Source of the DNA: Actinomycetota bacterium
Lineage (GTDB): Bacteria; Actinomycetota; Acidimicrobiia; IMCC26256; JACPCJ01
Direction: 5' to 3'
Length of the DNA: 64,000 nucleotides
Assembly: GCA_016179865.1 (NCBI GenBank)
Contig: JACPCJ010000102.1
Span: 1,701-65,700 of the forward strand
Made by a program: the position numbers and the translations under genes. Below are positions 39,044 through 48,874 of the stretch, piece after piece (positions within the stretch are counted from its first letter, which is position 1; every line of letters starts with the position of its first letter). The notes under the pieces are model-generated. The model was given only the letters and a program-made list of their open reading frames with translations, was not told where the DNA came from and made no database searches.

Positions 39044-39868
39044 GTGGACGCTCCCGCACCGGGTCTCCCCAGCACGCGCACATGGTGGCTCTGGTCGGCG
39101 GTAATCGGGGTGCCGGCCGTCATGGTGTCAGTGCTCGCCATCGTCGTCGCCGACGACTCCGGGGACCGGGGAGTCACGCAGATCGAGTCAATCGAGCCCG
39201 AGTTCCTCCCCGAGGTGGCACCCGCTGACGACTTCTCCGAGGGGGGTATCGCGGGCGGTGCCGTCGCCGGTGGATTGGGCGAGGAGGTGGAACCCGACGG
39301 CGACCTCGTCGTCGCCGACTCCGGCTTCTCGACCTTCGAGACCGACTTCGGGCCCGGCTACTCCTATGCCGCGGTCATCGAGAACCCGACTGCGGCCCAG
39401 GCCGAGTTCGTGACCGTGCGGGTACTGCTCCGCGACGCCGACGGGAAAATCGGCCGCACCGACGAACAGATCGTCCAGACCATCGCACCCGGCCAGACGA
39501 TCGCCGTCGCATCCGAGACGCCCGATGGAGTCGCCATCGCCGAGATCGAGGTCCGGACCGAGGTCGAGACCTGGAGGGAACCATCGGGGACGGCCCCGAC
39601 GTTCGCCGTTTCGGAACCCGAGACCGAGGTGACCGAGTTCGAGACGATGAAGACGACGGCGGAGTTGTCGTCTGACGCCGAGGCCGACCTCACCGCGATC
39701 GACGTCGTGGCGGTCTATCGCAACGGGGCCGGCGAGATCGTCGGCGGCACGCCGAGCTTCCTCGACTTCCTCCCGAGAGGCGAAACGGCGGTCGCCACCA
39801 TCGAGTCGGCCACCGTGATCCCCGGGGTCGAGTCGACCGAGGTCTACCCCCGGGGCTTCGCCCTCTGA
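39044..39868 (+). CDS. Hypothetical membrane-anchored acidic protein
   Basis: GTG at 39044, a single TM (WWLWSAVIGVPAVMVSVLAIVVA), then an acidic beta-rich region. Confidence 0.55.
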   Translation: MDAPAPGLPSTRTWWLWSAVIGVPAVMVSVLAIVVADDSGDRGVTQIESIEPEFLPEVAPADDFSEGGIAGGAVAGGLGEEVEPDGDLVVADSGFSTFETDFGPGYSYAAVIENPTAAQAEFVTVRVLLRDADGKIGRTDEQIVQTIAPGQTIAVASETPDGVAIAEIEVRTEVETWREPSGTAPTFAVSEPETEVTEFETMKTTAELSSDAEADLTAIDVVAVYRNGAGEIVGGTPSFLDFLPRGETAVATIESATVIPGVESTEVYPRGFAL

Positions 39869-39871
39869 GCT

Positions 39872-40282
39872 CTACGGAGCAGGAGGGGGCGGAGGAGGCG
39901 GGGGAGGGGCCACCTCGGCGGCGCTCAATTCGGCGTCGGCGGCGGCCACGTCATTGTGGAAGCGCTTGTGCACGAACATCCGCTCACCGCCGACGTCGGC
40001 CTTGCCCCACAGACCCTTCAGCGGAGCGCCCAGACGGGACTGCCGCGGAAGGCGCTGGTGAAGCGACTTGGGCTTGGCCGGCATCCAGAAGCTCGCCCGC
40101 AGCACGATGACGGAGCGGTCGGTGACGGCGACCACATAGAACTTGGTCCAGAAGAAGATCAGGTAGGTGAGGAAGAGGAAGTACGGGGAAGGCCCGGTCT
40201 GGGCCAGGAAAACGTGCCGCGCCTCCTCACCGGGTTCGAGAAAGGGCTGGGCCCGGTCTCGGAGCTTGTCTCGCAGTGCCAT
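39872..40282 (-). CDS. Hypothetical protein with poly-Pro C-terminus
   Basis: 136-aa ORF with a hydrophobic hairpin (YFLFLTYLIFFWTKFYVVAV) and a C-terminal PPPPPPPPP run. Confidence 0.5.
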   Translation of the reverse strand: MALRDKLRDRAQPFLEPGEEARHVFLAQTGPSPYFLFLTYLIFFWTKFYVVAVTDRSVIVLRASFWMPAKPKSLHQRLPRQSRLGAPLKGLWGKADVGGERMFVHKRFHNDVAAADAELSAAEVAPPPPPPPPPAP

Positions 40283-40335
40283 GTTCCGCCCACCTCCGTG
40301 CTCGACGCCGCGCGGAACAGTAGCGGGCGCTGTCG

Positions 40336-41118
40336 CTACGGATGCCAGGTGCCGTCGGGCTGCCGGTGCCAGCCACCGGCGGCCCAGGTACCCCCATCGA
40401 CGTGGATGGTCGACCCCGTGACGAACTCGGAGAGCCCCGAAGCGAGGAAGACCGCCGCCCCCGCCACGTCGTCGGCCCGACCCTTGCGGCGGAGCGGCGG
40501 GTCCGCGTCGGGGTCACCGACGCCGGGCGTAGGGATGAGGTCGGGGGCGATGCAGTTGACCCGGATCCCCCGATCGCCCAGCTCGAGCGCAAGGGTCTTG
40601 GTCAGGTTCTCGAGCGCCGCCTTCATGGCCGAGTAGACGGCAAACCCCGGCCCGGCGCGATGGGCCTCGACCGAGGTGACGTTGATGACGGCGCCGCCCG
40701 CCGGCATCAACGGGACGACCCGACGGATCAGGTCGGCGACGCTGGTGAAGTTCTCGGCCACGAGTGCGGCCTGGGCGTTGGCCGACAGGTCGAGGAACGC
40801 CGCCTGGAACGTCCCCCCGGCGTTGTTCACCAGCACGTCGACGTGCTCGAAGTCTCCCGCCACCCGATCCACGAACTCCCCGACCCCGTCAGGGTCGCGC
40901 ACGTCGAGCACCCCCGGCACACATCGGCGTTCGAGGTCAGCGACGGCGTGGCTCACGCGTTCGAGCCCGTCGCCGTCGCGGTCGCAGACGGCGACGTCGG
41001 CCCCGAAGCGGGCGAAGGCCAAGGTGATGGCCTCGCCGATCCCGGCCGCCGCCCCCGTCACCAGCGCGACTTTTCCGTCAAGCGACACGGCACTTGGGTC
41101 CAAGACCACGCCTCGCAA
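40336..41118 (-). CDS. SDR family oxidoreductase (FabG-like)
   Basis: KVALVTGAAAGIG, NNAG and YSAMKAAL motifs. The start may be the internal GTG at 41088. Confidence 0.85.
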   Translation of the reverse strand: MRGVVLDPSAVSLDGKVALVTGAAAGIGEAITLAFARFGADVAVCDRDGDGLERVSHAVADLERRCVPGVLDVRDPDGVGEFVDRVAGDFEHVDVLVNNAGGTFQAAFLDLSANAQAALVAENFTSVADLIRRVVPLMPAGGAVINVTSVEAHRAGPGFAVYSAMKAALENLTKTLALELGDRGIRVNCIAPDLIPTPGVGDPDADPPLRRKGRADDVAGAAVFLASGLSEFVTGSTIHVDGGTWAAGGWHRQPDGTWHP

Positions 41119-41132
41119 TCTACGCTCCGGTC

Positions 41133-41954
41133 ATGGGCCTCGATCTGACCGGACGAAGCGTGCTCGTGACCGGCGCCTCCGCAGGTATCGGGGCCGCCCT
41201 CGCCGAGGGGTTCGCCGAGCGGGGAGCGACCGTTGGGATCTGCGCTCGGCGCGAGGACCGGCTTCGGAAAGTCCTCACCGCCTGCCAAGCCCACTCACCC
41301 GAATCGCGCATGTGGGGCGTCGACCTCGCCGACCTCGACGGGATCGAGACCTTTGCCCACCGAGCCAACGCCGAGCTGGGAGGAATCGACGTGCTGGTCA
41401 ACAACGCCGGCATGCCGAAGCGGCGCAAGGTGCTGGCGCTGAGCGAGGGCGATATCGACAACGTCATGGCCCTCAACTACCGGTCGCCCGTGCGGCTCAT
41501 CCTCGCCCTGCTCCCGGGGATGCTGGAGCGATCCCGCGCCGACGGGTTCACCAGACGGATCGTCAACGTGTCTTCGATCGCCGGGCGCCTCAGCCCGCCG
41601 GGCGAGGCCGCCTATTCGGCGTCGAAGGCAGCCCTCACTGCCTTTTCGGAGGCGTTGGCCGGTGAGCTATGGCAGGAGCCGGTCGACGTCCACGTCGTAT
41701 TCCCGGGCGTGATCGACACCGAGTTGTTCGAGCTTCCCGACAACGATCCGCACCTGGCAAGCGACATGGAGCGCCTGCCGCCCGCCGCCGTCGTCGATGC
41801 CGTCCTGGACCAGATGGAGTCCGGCAAGTTCGAGTCCTACGTTCCGGAGTGGCTCGCCGACATCGTCACCGGCAAGGCCCGCGACGCGCAGGGCTTCATG
41901 GAAGGCGCCGCCGCCTACCTGCGCGAACAGGAAGAGAAGGCTGCCCGGAGCTGA
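41133..41954 (+). CDS. SDR family oxidoreductase
   Basis: SVLVTGASAGIG, NNAG and YSASKAAL motifs. Paralogue of 50029-50811. Confidence 0.85.
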   Translation: MGLDLTGRSVLVTGASAGIGAALAEGFAERGATVGICARREDRLRKVLTACQAHSPESRMWGVDLADLDGIETFAHRANAELGGIDVLVNNAGMPKRRKVLALSEGDIDNVMALNYRSPVRLILALLPGMLERSRADGFTRRIVNVSSIAGRLSPPGEAAYSASKAALTAFSEALAGELWQEPVDVHVVFPGVIDTELFELPDNDPHLASDMERLPPAAVVDAVLDQMESGKFESYVPEWLADIVTGKARDAQGFMEGAAAYLREQEEKAARS

Positions 41955-41957
41955 TGC

Positions 41958-42004
41958 GTGTGTGAGTGTTTGACCCCGCGGCGCGGGGTCAAACACTCAC
42001 ACAC
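41958..42004. terminator. Perfect 23+23 nt palindrome sharing its outer 11 nt with the one at 4167-4213
   Basis: gtgtgtgagtgtttgaccccgcg-g-cgcggggtcaaacactcacacac, between the convergent SDR and trkA genes. Confidence 0.6.
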
Positions 42005-42006
42005 GG

Positions 42007-42669
42007 CTAGCGGCCCGTCAGGAGACGGCGGACCTCGTCTTCCGAGTCCGGGGTGACGAGCGCCAGCACTTCGTCGCCCACCTCGAATCGAGTGTCGCCG
42101 CGGGGAACCACCACGTGGTCTTCCCGCAACACGGCAACCACCGTGGCGTCGCGGGGCACGCCGGCGTCCTTGATTTCTGTCCCCACCGCCGGCGACTCGT
42201 CGGCAAGGGTGACCTCGACGAGGCGCGCCTGACCGCCCTCGAACTGAAGCAGACGCACGAGCGTTCCGACGGAAACGGCCTCCTCGACGAGGGCGGTGAT
42301 CAGGTGGGGCGTCGAGACCGACACGTCGACGCCCCAGGTCTCGTTGAACAGCCACTCGTTCTTCGGATGGTTCACCCGGGCCACGACCCGGGGGACCGCG
42401 AACTCCTGCTTGGCGAGGAGGGACACCACGAGGTTGTCTTCGTCGTCGCCCGTGGCGGCCACCACCACCTCGGCCGTCTCCAGCTCGGCCGCCTGGAGGG
42501 TGGAGAACTCGCAGGCGTCCGCCACCATCCACTCCACCTCGTCACGCGAGACCGCCCGCTCGGCGACCGGGGGCAGTTGTTCGATGACCAGAACCCGGTG
42601 ACCGGCGTCGGCCAGTTCGTTGGCGATGAAGCTCCCGACGTTCCCGCCCCCTGCAATCACGACCCTCAT
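42007..42669 (-). CDS. trkA: TrkA-like K+ uptake regulatory protein (RCK N and C domains)
   Basis: MRVVIAGGGNVGSFIANELADAGHRVLVIE. Confidence 0.85.
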   Translation of the reverse strand: MRVVIAGGGNVGSFIANELADAGHRVLVIEQLPPVAERAVSRDEVEWMVADACEFSTLQAAELETAEVVVAATGDDEDNLVVSLLAKQEFAVPRVVARVNHPKNEWLFNETWGVDVSVSTPHLITALVEEAVSVGTLVRLLQFEGGQARLVEVTLADESPAVGTEIKDAGVPRDATVVAVLREDHVVVPRGDTRFEVGDEVLALVTPDSEDEVRRLLTGR

Positions 42670-43331
42670 GAGTGCCCCTCACCGGCGCCGGCCAGCCGGG
42701 CGTCGAGCTCGTCGACGCCGTCGGCAGCGGCCACGAAGTGGAGGACGTCGCCGTCCTGGCCGACCAGGTCGGCAGTGACTACCTGAGCCGCGCCCAGACG
42801 GGTGGCGGCGGCGAGCCAGAACCGCCCTGGCTCGTTCAGCTCGCCGAGCTTCCGACCCGCCCAGGGCGCCGGGAGCGAGCGCTCGACGAGACAGACCTTG
42901 CCGCTGGGGTCGACCCAGTCACGCCGGTGCATCTCGGGCACGAGCTGGCGGAGGACCTGGTCGGTCGTCCACGCCACGGTGGCGACGGTCGGAATGCCGA
43001 GCCGCTGGTAGATGGCGGCCCGGCGGGGGTCGTAGATGCGGGCCACCACGGCCTGGATGCCGAAGGTTTCTCGCCCAACCCGCGCCGTCAGGATGTTGGA
43101 GTTGTCGCCGTTGGTCACAGCGGCGAGGGCGTCGGCACGGTCGATGCCGGCTTCGAGCAGCGTGTCGCGGTCAAAGCCGAACCCGACGACTCGCGCGCCG
43201 CCGAAGGACGAGGGCAGGCGCGAGAAGGCGGTGGCGTTCTTGTCGATGACGGCCACGGTGTGGCCGTCATTCTCCAGCGCGCCCGCGAGTTCGCTCCCGA
43301 CCCGTCCGCAGCCCACGACCACCACGTGCAT
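42666..43331 (-). CDS. trkA: TrkA-like K+ uptake regulatory protein (second copy)
   Basis: MHVVVVGCGRVGSELAGALENDGHTVAVID. 4-nt overlap with the downstream copy. Confidence 0.85.
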   Translation of the reverse strand: MHVVVVGCGRVGSELAGALENDGHTVAVIDKNATAFSRLPSSFGGARVVGFGFDRDTLLEAGIDRADALAAVTNGDNSNILTARVGRETFGIQAVVARIYDPRRAAIYQRLGIPTVATVAWTTDQVLRQLVPEMHRRDWVDPSGKVCLVERSLPAPWAGRKLGELNEPGRFWLAAATRLGAAQVVTADLVGQDGDVLHFVAAADGVDELDARLAGAGEGHS

Positions 43332-43436
43332 GAGGGGTGATCCTAACGATGGGCCTGAGCGGCGCCCGGACTCGACCCGCACCAACGGCCGGGGACGCCG
43401 TACGCTGACCGAGCCCTGTCAACACAAAGGAAACTC

Positions 43437-45761
43437 GTGCGCGCCGAAACCCGAGCCCCCGAACCGCAGCCCCTGGCTCCGGAGGTTGCCCTCCCGCCGG
43501 ACCGCCTCACGTACCGCCTGAAGGCCAAGCTCCTCGGCAACCCCCTTCACACGGAAGAGCTCGATCACGAGCGTCTCGGCAAGCCGACAGCCCTGGCCGT
43601 GTTCGCCTCCGACAACCTGTCGTCCTCGGCGTACGCCACCGAGGAGATCCTGCGGGTTCTTGTCATCGCCGTTGGGATCGGGGCCTTCTCGCTGGTCGTT
43701 CCGATCACCATCGCCATGCTCGTGGTGCTCGGGTTCCTCATCCTCTCCTACCGCCAGACCATCAAGGCCTACCCCACCGCCGGCGGTGCCTACGTCGTCA
43801 CGAGAGACAACTTCGGGATCATCCCCGCTCAGATCGCGGGTGTTTCGCTGCTGACCGACTACATCCTGACGGTTTCGGTGTCCGTGGCCGCGGGTACCGC
43901 CGCGCTGACGTCAGCGTTCCATGGGCTCATCGACTTCCGGGTCCCGATCGCCGTGGGCTTCATCGCCGTCATCGCCTACGGAAACCTGCGCGGCGTGCGC
44001 GAGTCGGGAAAGGTCTTCGCCCTTCCCACCTACTTCTTCATCCTCAACATGGTCGTCCTCTTGGGGCTGGGCATGTGGAAGATGCTCTTCGGCGAACTGC
44101 CACGGGCTGAGCAAGTCGACGGCATGCTCGAGCTCGGCAAGGTCGGCGGCGGGGTGCTCTACGGGGCCTCGTTGTTCATCGTGCTCCACGCCTTCGCCTC
44201 CGGCGGCGCGGCCGTCACCGGCGTCGAGGCCATCTCCAACGGCGTCCCGGCCTTCCGCAAACCGGCGTGGAAAAACGCCCGCACGACGCTCGTCATCATG
44301 GGAACGGCGCTGGGCGTCATGTTCCTCGGGCTGTCGATCCTCGCCTCGAAGCTCCACACCGTGCCCTTCGAGGAGGGAAGCCCGACGGTGATCGCCCAGA
44401 TCGGCCATTTGATCTATGGGAAGGGTGCGCTGGGGGACGCCCTCTTCTACTCACTCCAGGCCGGGACGATGCTCATCCTCGTCCTCGCCGCCAATACCAG
44501 CTTCGCCGACTTCCCCCGCCTGGCGTCGTTCCAGGCCGGCGACAGCTTCCTCCCCCGTCAGCTCACCAAACGCGGACACCGCCTCGTCTTCTCCAACGGC
44601 ATCGTGTTCTTGGCCCTCGCCGCAGCCGTGCTCGTGGTGGCGACCGGCGCCGAGGTGGAGCGGCTCATCCCCCTCTATGCCGTGGGCGTATTCACGTCGT
44701 TCACCATGTCGCAGGCCGGGATGGCCCGCCACCACATCCGCTTCAAGGAGCCGGGGTGGAAGTCCGGCCTGGTGATCAACGGATTCGGGGCCTTCCTCAC
44801 CCTGGTCGTCGACGTCGTCATCGCGGTCACGAAGTTCACCCACGGGGCCTGGCTCATCGTTGTGGCGGTTCCGATCTTTGTCTTCTTCCTCGTGCGCCTT
44901 GCCCGGCAGTACGAGACCGAGGCCTACCACCTCGAGCACGACGTCCCCGAGGCGGTCTCGGCGCCGATCCTCCGCCGCCACGTGGTGCTGGTGTTCATCG
45001 ACCGGCTCGATCTCGCCGCCGCCCGGGCCATCCAGTACGGGCGCTCGCTCCGCCCCGACGAGCTTCGGGCCGTCCACTTCGCCCTCGACCAGCAGCGAGC
45101 CGACGAGCTCGCAGGAGCGTGGCGTGCGCACGGCCTCTCGAACGTCGCTCTCGAGGTCGTGGATTGCCCCGACCGACGCCTGACGCGCGCCGCCGTCACC
45201 ACCGTGGCCGACGCCCTCGCCGGCGGCGAGACCGAGGTGAGCGTCCTCCTGCCCGACCGCAAGTACAAGGGCCTCTGGCACCGCATCCTGCACGACCAGA
45301 CGGCTGACGACATCGCCGTCGAGGTGTCCCGACTGCCACACGCCAACGTGACCACCGTTCCGTTCCATTTCGATTTCGAGGCGGTCGAGGCGGTCGCGGC
45401 GGTGAGCGGCGCCGCGCCACCCCCGAGCGCCGGGAACGGGAAGGTGAAGCCGGCGGTGGTCGAAACCGGATTCGCCGAGGAGGGGCGGCCCCACGGGGCC
45501 ATGCCGATCCGTTCGGTCCGGCAGCGCATGAAGGCCCGAGTCAGCGGGCGAGTTGAGGGCCTCCGGGTCCAGCCCATGGCGGGAACGCCGACCCTGGAGA
45601 TCACCCTCGCCGACGACACCGCCAAGCTCTCGGTGGTGTTCCTGGGCCGCCGCCAGATCGCGGGGATCGAAATCGGCACGCACATGACCGTGGAAGGGAT
45701 GGTCGTCGACCACCGGGGCCGCCTGGCCATCGTCAACCCGGCCTACGAACTGCACGCCTGA
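43437..45761 (+). CDS. APC-superfamily permease with cytoplasmic C-terminal region ending in an OB-fold-like module
   Basis: About 12 TM segments with amino-acid-permease-like sequence. The C-terminal ~90 aa read ...LEITLADDTAKLSVVFLGRRQIAGIEIGTHMTVEGMVVDHRGRLAIVNPAYEL. Confidence 0.8.
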   Translation: MRAETRAPEPQPLAPEVALPPDRLTYRLKAKLLGNPLHTEELDHERLGKPTALAVFASDNLSSSAYATEEILRVLVIAVGIGAFSLVVPITIAMLVVLGFLILSYRQTIKAYPTAGGAYVVTRDNFGIIPAQIAGVSLLTDYILTVSVSVAAGTAALTSAFHGLIDFRVPIAVGFIAVIAYGNLRGVRESGKVFALPTYFFILNMVVLLGLGMWKMLFGELPRAEQVDGMLELGKVGGGVLYGASLFIVLHAFASGGAAVTGVEAISNGVPAFRKPAWKNARTTLVIMGTALGVMFLGLSILASKLHTVPFEEGSPTVIAQIGHLIYGKGALGDALFYSLQAGTMLILVLAANTSFADFPRLASFQAGDSFLPRQLTKRGHRLVFSNGIVFLALAAAVLVVATGAEVERLIPLYAVGVFTSFTMSQAGMARHHIRFKEPGWKSGLVINGFGAFLTLVVDVVIAVTKFTHGAWLIVVAVPIFVFFLVRLARQYETEAYHLEHDVPEAVSAPILRRHVVLVFIDRLDLAAARAIQYGRSLRPDELRAVHFALDQQRADELAGAWRAHGLSNVALEVVDCPDRRLTRAAVTTVADALAGGETEVSVLLPDRKYKGLWHRILHDQTADDIAVEVSRLPHANVTTVPFHFDFEAVEAVAAVSGAAPPPSAGNGKVKPAVVETGFAEEGRPHGAMPIRSVRQRMKARVSGRVEGLRVQPMAGTPTLEITLADDTAKLSVVFLGRRQIAGIEIGTHMTVEGMVVDHRGRLAIVNPAYELHA

Positions 45762-45776
45762 CCCGAGGGGGAGCGC

Positions 45777-47702
45777 ATGAGTGAGGGGGGCGTCCACCCG
45801 CTCGAACCACTGAGCGAGGACGAGATCCATCAGACGGTTCAGGTGCTCCGCGAGGCGGGCCACACGGGCGAGCACCATCGCTTCGCCGCCGTAACGCTGG
45901 CTGAGCCACCGAAGGCCGACGTGCTCGGGTGGGTTCCGGGCAACGGAACGGACCGGCGAGCCGTCGCCTACGTCGTCGATCGATCGACCGGCAAGAGCGC
46001 CACCGGCGTGGTGTCGCTCACCAAGAGCGAGGTCGTGTCGTGGGACGCCGCGGACGGTCACCACATGCTCCTCTTCGAGGAGCTGTTCGACGCCATCGGC
46101 ATCGTCAAGGCGGATGCGGGTTGGCAGGAGGCACTCCGGCGCCGGGGCGTCGAGGACTTCGACGGCGTGCAGTGCGACCCGTGGCCGGCGGGCAACTTTG
46201 ACGATCCGTGGGCCGGGAAACGGGTGGTGCGTGTCGTCTCCTACGTCCGCCACGACGAGCATGACAACGGCTACGCCCATCCGATCGAGGGCGTGGTGGC
46301 CACGGTCGACACCGTCGAGCGGAAGGTCATCGACCTCGTCGACGTGGGCAACGTGCCCGTGCCCGCCGACTGCCGGAACTATCACGCCGGTTCGGTGGCG
46401 TCGTTCCGCGACGACCTGAAGACCCTCGACATCACCCAGCCCGACGGGCCGAGCTTCGTCGTTGAAGGAAACGAGATCCGGTGGCAGAAGTGGCGTTTCC
46501 GCGTGTCGATGCACCCGACCGACGGCCTCACGCTCCACACCCTGACGTACCGGGACGGCCCCAAGGGTGAAGGGGAGGAACGGTCGGTGCTCTACCGGGC
46601 TGCCCTCGGGGAGATGGTCGTTCCCTATGGCTCCACCAGCGCGCAGCACCGGTGGAAGAACGCCTTCGACTCGGGGGAGCTGGGCCTCGGTCGCTACCCG
46701 CTCCTCAACTCGCTGGAGCTGGGGTGCGACTGCCTAGGGGTCATCCACTACTTCGACTCACCCCAGGTCACCGATGCCGGCGACACCCAACTCGTCAAGA
46801 ACGCCATCTGCCTCCACGAGGAGGACTTCTCGATCCTCTGGAAGCACTTCGACCTCGAGACCTTCGTGCCCGAGGTGCGCCGGAGCCGCCGGCTCGTCGT
46901 CAGCTCGATCCACACGGTCGGCAACTACGAGTACGGCTTCTACTGGTACCTGTATCAGGACGGCACCATCGAGATGGAGGTGAAGCTCACCGGGATCCTC
47001 CAGACGCAGGGTGTCGATGGCGCCGCCGCCGACCCCAACGCTGCCGTCGTGTCACCCGGCGTCGCGGCGCCGAATCACCAGCACCTCTTCTGCTTCCGCC
47101 TCGACCTCGACGTCGACGGGGGCCCCAACACCGTCTACGAAATGGAGGCCGAGCCCGACCCGCCCGGCGCCGACAACCCGTACGGAAACGCGTTCCGCTC
47201 GAAGGCCACGCTGCTCGCGCGTGAGTCCGAAGCCCGGCGCGACGTCGATCCGTTCCGCGGGCGGCACTGGCGGGTGGTGAACCCCAGCCGGGCCAACCGG
47301 GTTGGCCAACCCGTGTCGTACCGGCTGCTGCCCGGCAACTCGCCTCTCCTGCTCGCCTCGCCGGGGTCGCGCATCGCCGAGCGTGCCGCCTTCGCCCGCC
47401 ACAACCTGTGGGTCACCCCATTCACCGAGGGTGAGACGCGAGCGGCCGGGCTGCCCAACCTCAACCCGGGCGGGTCGGGCCTGCCGTCGTTCACCGCCGC
47501 CGACCGATCGATCGAGGACGAGGACGTCGTCCTCTGGTACACGTGCGGGCTCATTCACGTGCCCCGTCCCGAGGACTTCCCGGTGATGCCGGTTGAACGG
47601 GTCGGGTTCCTCCTCCAGCCCCACGGCTTCTTCGACGAGAACCCGGCTCTCGACGTCCCGGCACCGCCACACGCGGAAGGCCACTGCCACACGACCGACT
47701 AG
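45777..47702 (+). CDS. Copper-containing primary amine oxidase (TPQ cofactor)
   Basis: TVGNYEYGFYWYLYQDGTIE (NYE/DY TPQ precursor motif) and HQH copper ligands. 641 aa. Confidence 0.9.
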   Translation: MSEGGVHPLEPLSEDEIHQTVQVLREAGHTGEHHRFAAVTLAEPPKADVLGWVPGNGTDRRAVAYVVDRSTGKSATGVVSLTKSEVVSWDAADGHHMLLFEELFDAIGIVKADAGWQEALRRRGVEDFDGVQCDPWPAGNFDDPWAGKRVVRVVSYVRHDEHDNGYAHPIEGVVATVDTVERKVIDLVDVGNVPVPADCRNYHAGSVASFRDDLKTLDITQPDGPSFVVEGNEIRWQKWRFRVSMHPTDGLTLHTLTYRDGPKGEGEERSVLYRAALGEMVVPYGSTSAQHRWKNAFDSGELGLGRYPLLNSLELGCDCLGVIHYFDSPQVTDAGDTQLVKNAICLHEEDFSILWKHFDLETFVPEVRRSRRLVVSSIHTVGNYEYGFYWYLYQDGTIEMEVKLTGILQTQGVDGAAADPNAAVVSPGVAAPNHQHLFCFRLDLDVDGGPNTVYEMEAEPDPPGADNPYGNAFRSKATLLARESEARRDVDPFRGRHWRVVNPSRANRVGQPVSYRLLPGNSPLLLASPGSRIAERAAFARHNLWVTPFTEGETRAAGLPNLNPGGSGLPSFTAADRSIEDEDVVLWYTCGLIHVPRPEDFPVMPVERVGFLLQPHGFFDENPALDVPAPPHAEGHCHTTD

Positions 47703-47704
47703 AT

Positions 47705-47755
47705 CGTTTTGGGTGCCGAACTGGCCCTGTGCGGGCCAGTTCGGCACCCAAAACG
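47705..47755. terminator. Perfect 23-bp-arm palindrome at a convergent junction
   Basis: cgttttgggtgccgaactggccc-tgtgc-gggccagttcggcacccaaaacg. Confidence 0.6.
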
Positions 47756-47757
47756 GG

Positions 47758-48165
47758 TCAGGGCTCCCGGGTCAGGCGGTTCCAGAACTCGTCGACGGCC
47801 GACTCGTCGATCGGGGTGAGGAAGCTCTCCACGATCAGGCCGTCACGAACCTCGTGCATGTGGACGGTCTTGATGCGCACGCTCTCGGTTCCGGCGAGGC
47901 CGGTCCAGTTCACGAGCGCCGTAACCCGGTCGCCGTCCTCCACCAGGTCGGTGACCTCGATGGTGAACTCGTCGAGGAGAGCCAGACCGGCACGGATCCG
48001 CTCGATTACCTGATCACGGCCCTTCAACTCCCCGGCGAAGACGTGCGCACCGGTCTCGTGCCAGGCAAGGTCGGGGTGGGCTCGGGCGGCCAAACCGTCG
48101 AGGTCACCGCGCGCCAGGGCCGCGTAGGCGGCGCGCACAACCGCTCCCGGCTCCGACGAGCCCAT
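47758..48165 (-). CDS. SnoaL/NTF2-like family protein
   Basis: 135 aa. AAYAALARGDLDGL... pattern typical of SnoaL-like domains. Confidence 0.65.
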   Translation of the reverse strand: MGSSEPGAVVRAAYAALARGDLDGLAARAHPDLAWHETGAHVFAGELKGRDQVIERIRAGLALLDEFTIEVTDLVEDGDRVTALVNWTGLAGTESVRIKTVHMHEVRDGLIVESFLTPIDESAVDEFWNRLTREP

Positions 48166-48191
48166 CGCGCCCTCCCTCTCCCCGGGGCAGC

Positions 48192-48809
48192 CTACCGAGA
48201 GAGATTGGGTGTCGGGTCCGGTTCGCCTCGTGCGAGGGTGAGGGGGATCACGCCGGCCCAGACGGGAAGGGCGAGATCTTCCTCGTCGTCAACGGGCGGC
48301 CCCGTCCGCACCTTCGCCGAGGCCTCGGTGATCGGGATGGCCAGCACCGCGGTTCCCCGGAATTCCTTTTCGTTGGGCCGGCGAGCCTCGCCCCAGCGGC
48401 CGGGTGCAACGTGCTCGACGATGGCTTCGAGCGCCGCCATCTTCTCGCCCGGGTCGGTGACTTCACGGGCCCGTCCGAGCACGACCGCCGAGCGGTAGTT
48501 CATGGAGTGGTGGAAGACGGATCGGGCGAGCACCAGCCCGTCGAGCAGCGTGGCCGTGACGCAGACGGGTGCACCTCCCTTGAGGGTCCGGATCATCCGG
48601 GTCGCCGGCGACCCGTGGAGGTACAACACATCGCCAACCCGGGCGTGGATGGTGGGGATCACATAGGGCTGACGATCGAGTGCGAACCCGACGTGGCAGA
48701 TGAGGGCCTCATCGAAGACGGAGTCGATGACGGCGCGGTCATACACCCCCCGGTCATCGCGGCGGATTGTGGTCCTCGCAGTCGGAGCACTGGTGGGGGC
48801 TTCGGGCAT
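48192..48809 (-). CDS. Pyridoxamine 5'-phosphate oxidase-family (FMN-binding split-barrel) protein
   Basis: ATG at 48809. ...CHVGFALDRQPYVIPTIHARVGDVLYLHGS... pattern. Confidence 0.7.
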   Translation of the reverse strand: MPEAPTSAPTARTTIRRDDRGVYDRAVIDSVFDEALICHVGFALDRQPYVIPTIHARVGDVLYLHGSPATRMIRTLKGGAPVCVTATLLDGLVLARSVFHHSMNYRSAVVLGRAREVTDPGEKMAALEAIVEHVAPGRWGEARRPNEKEFRGTAVLAIPITEASAKVRTGPPVDDEEDLALPVWAGVIPLTLARGEPDPTPNLSR

Positions 48810-48874
48810 GGCCGCGAACCGTAGGGGCAGCTTCATGTCTCTGTGGCGGAATTCGCAGCCAAAACCTGACACGC

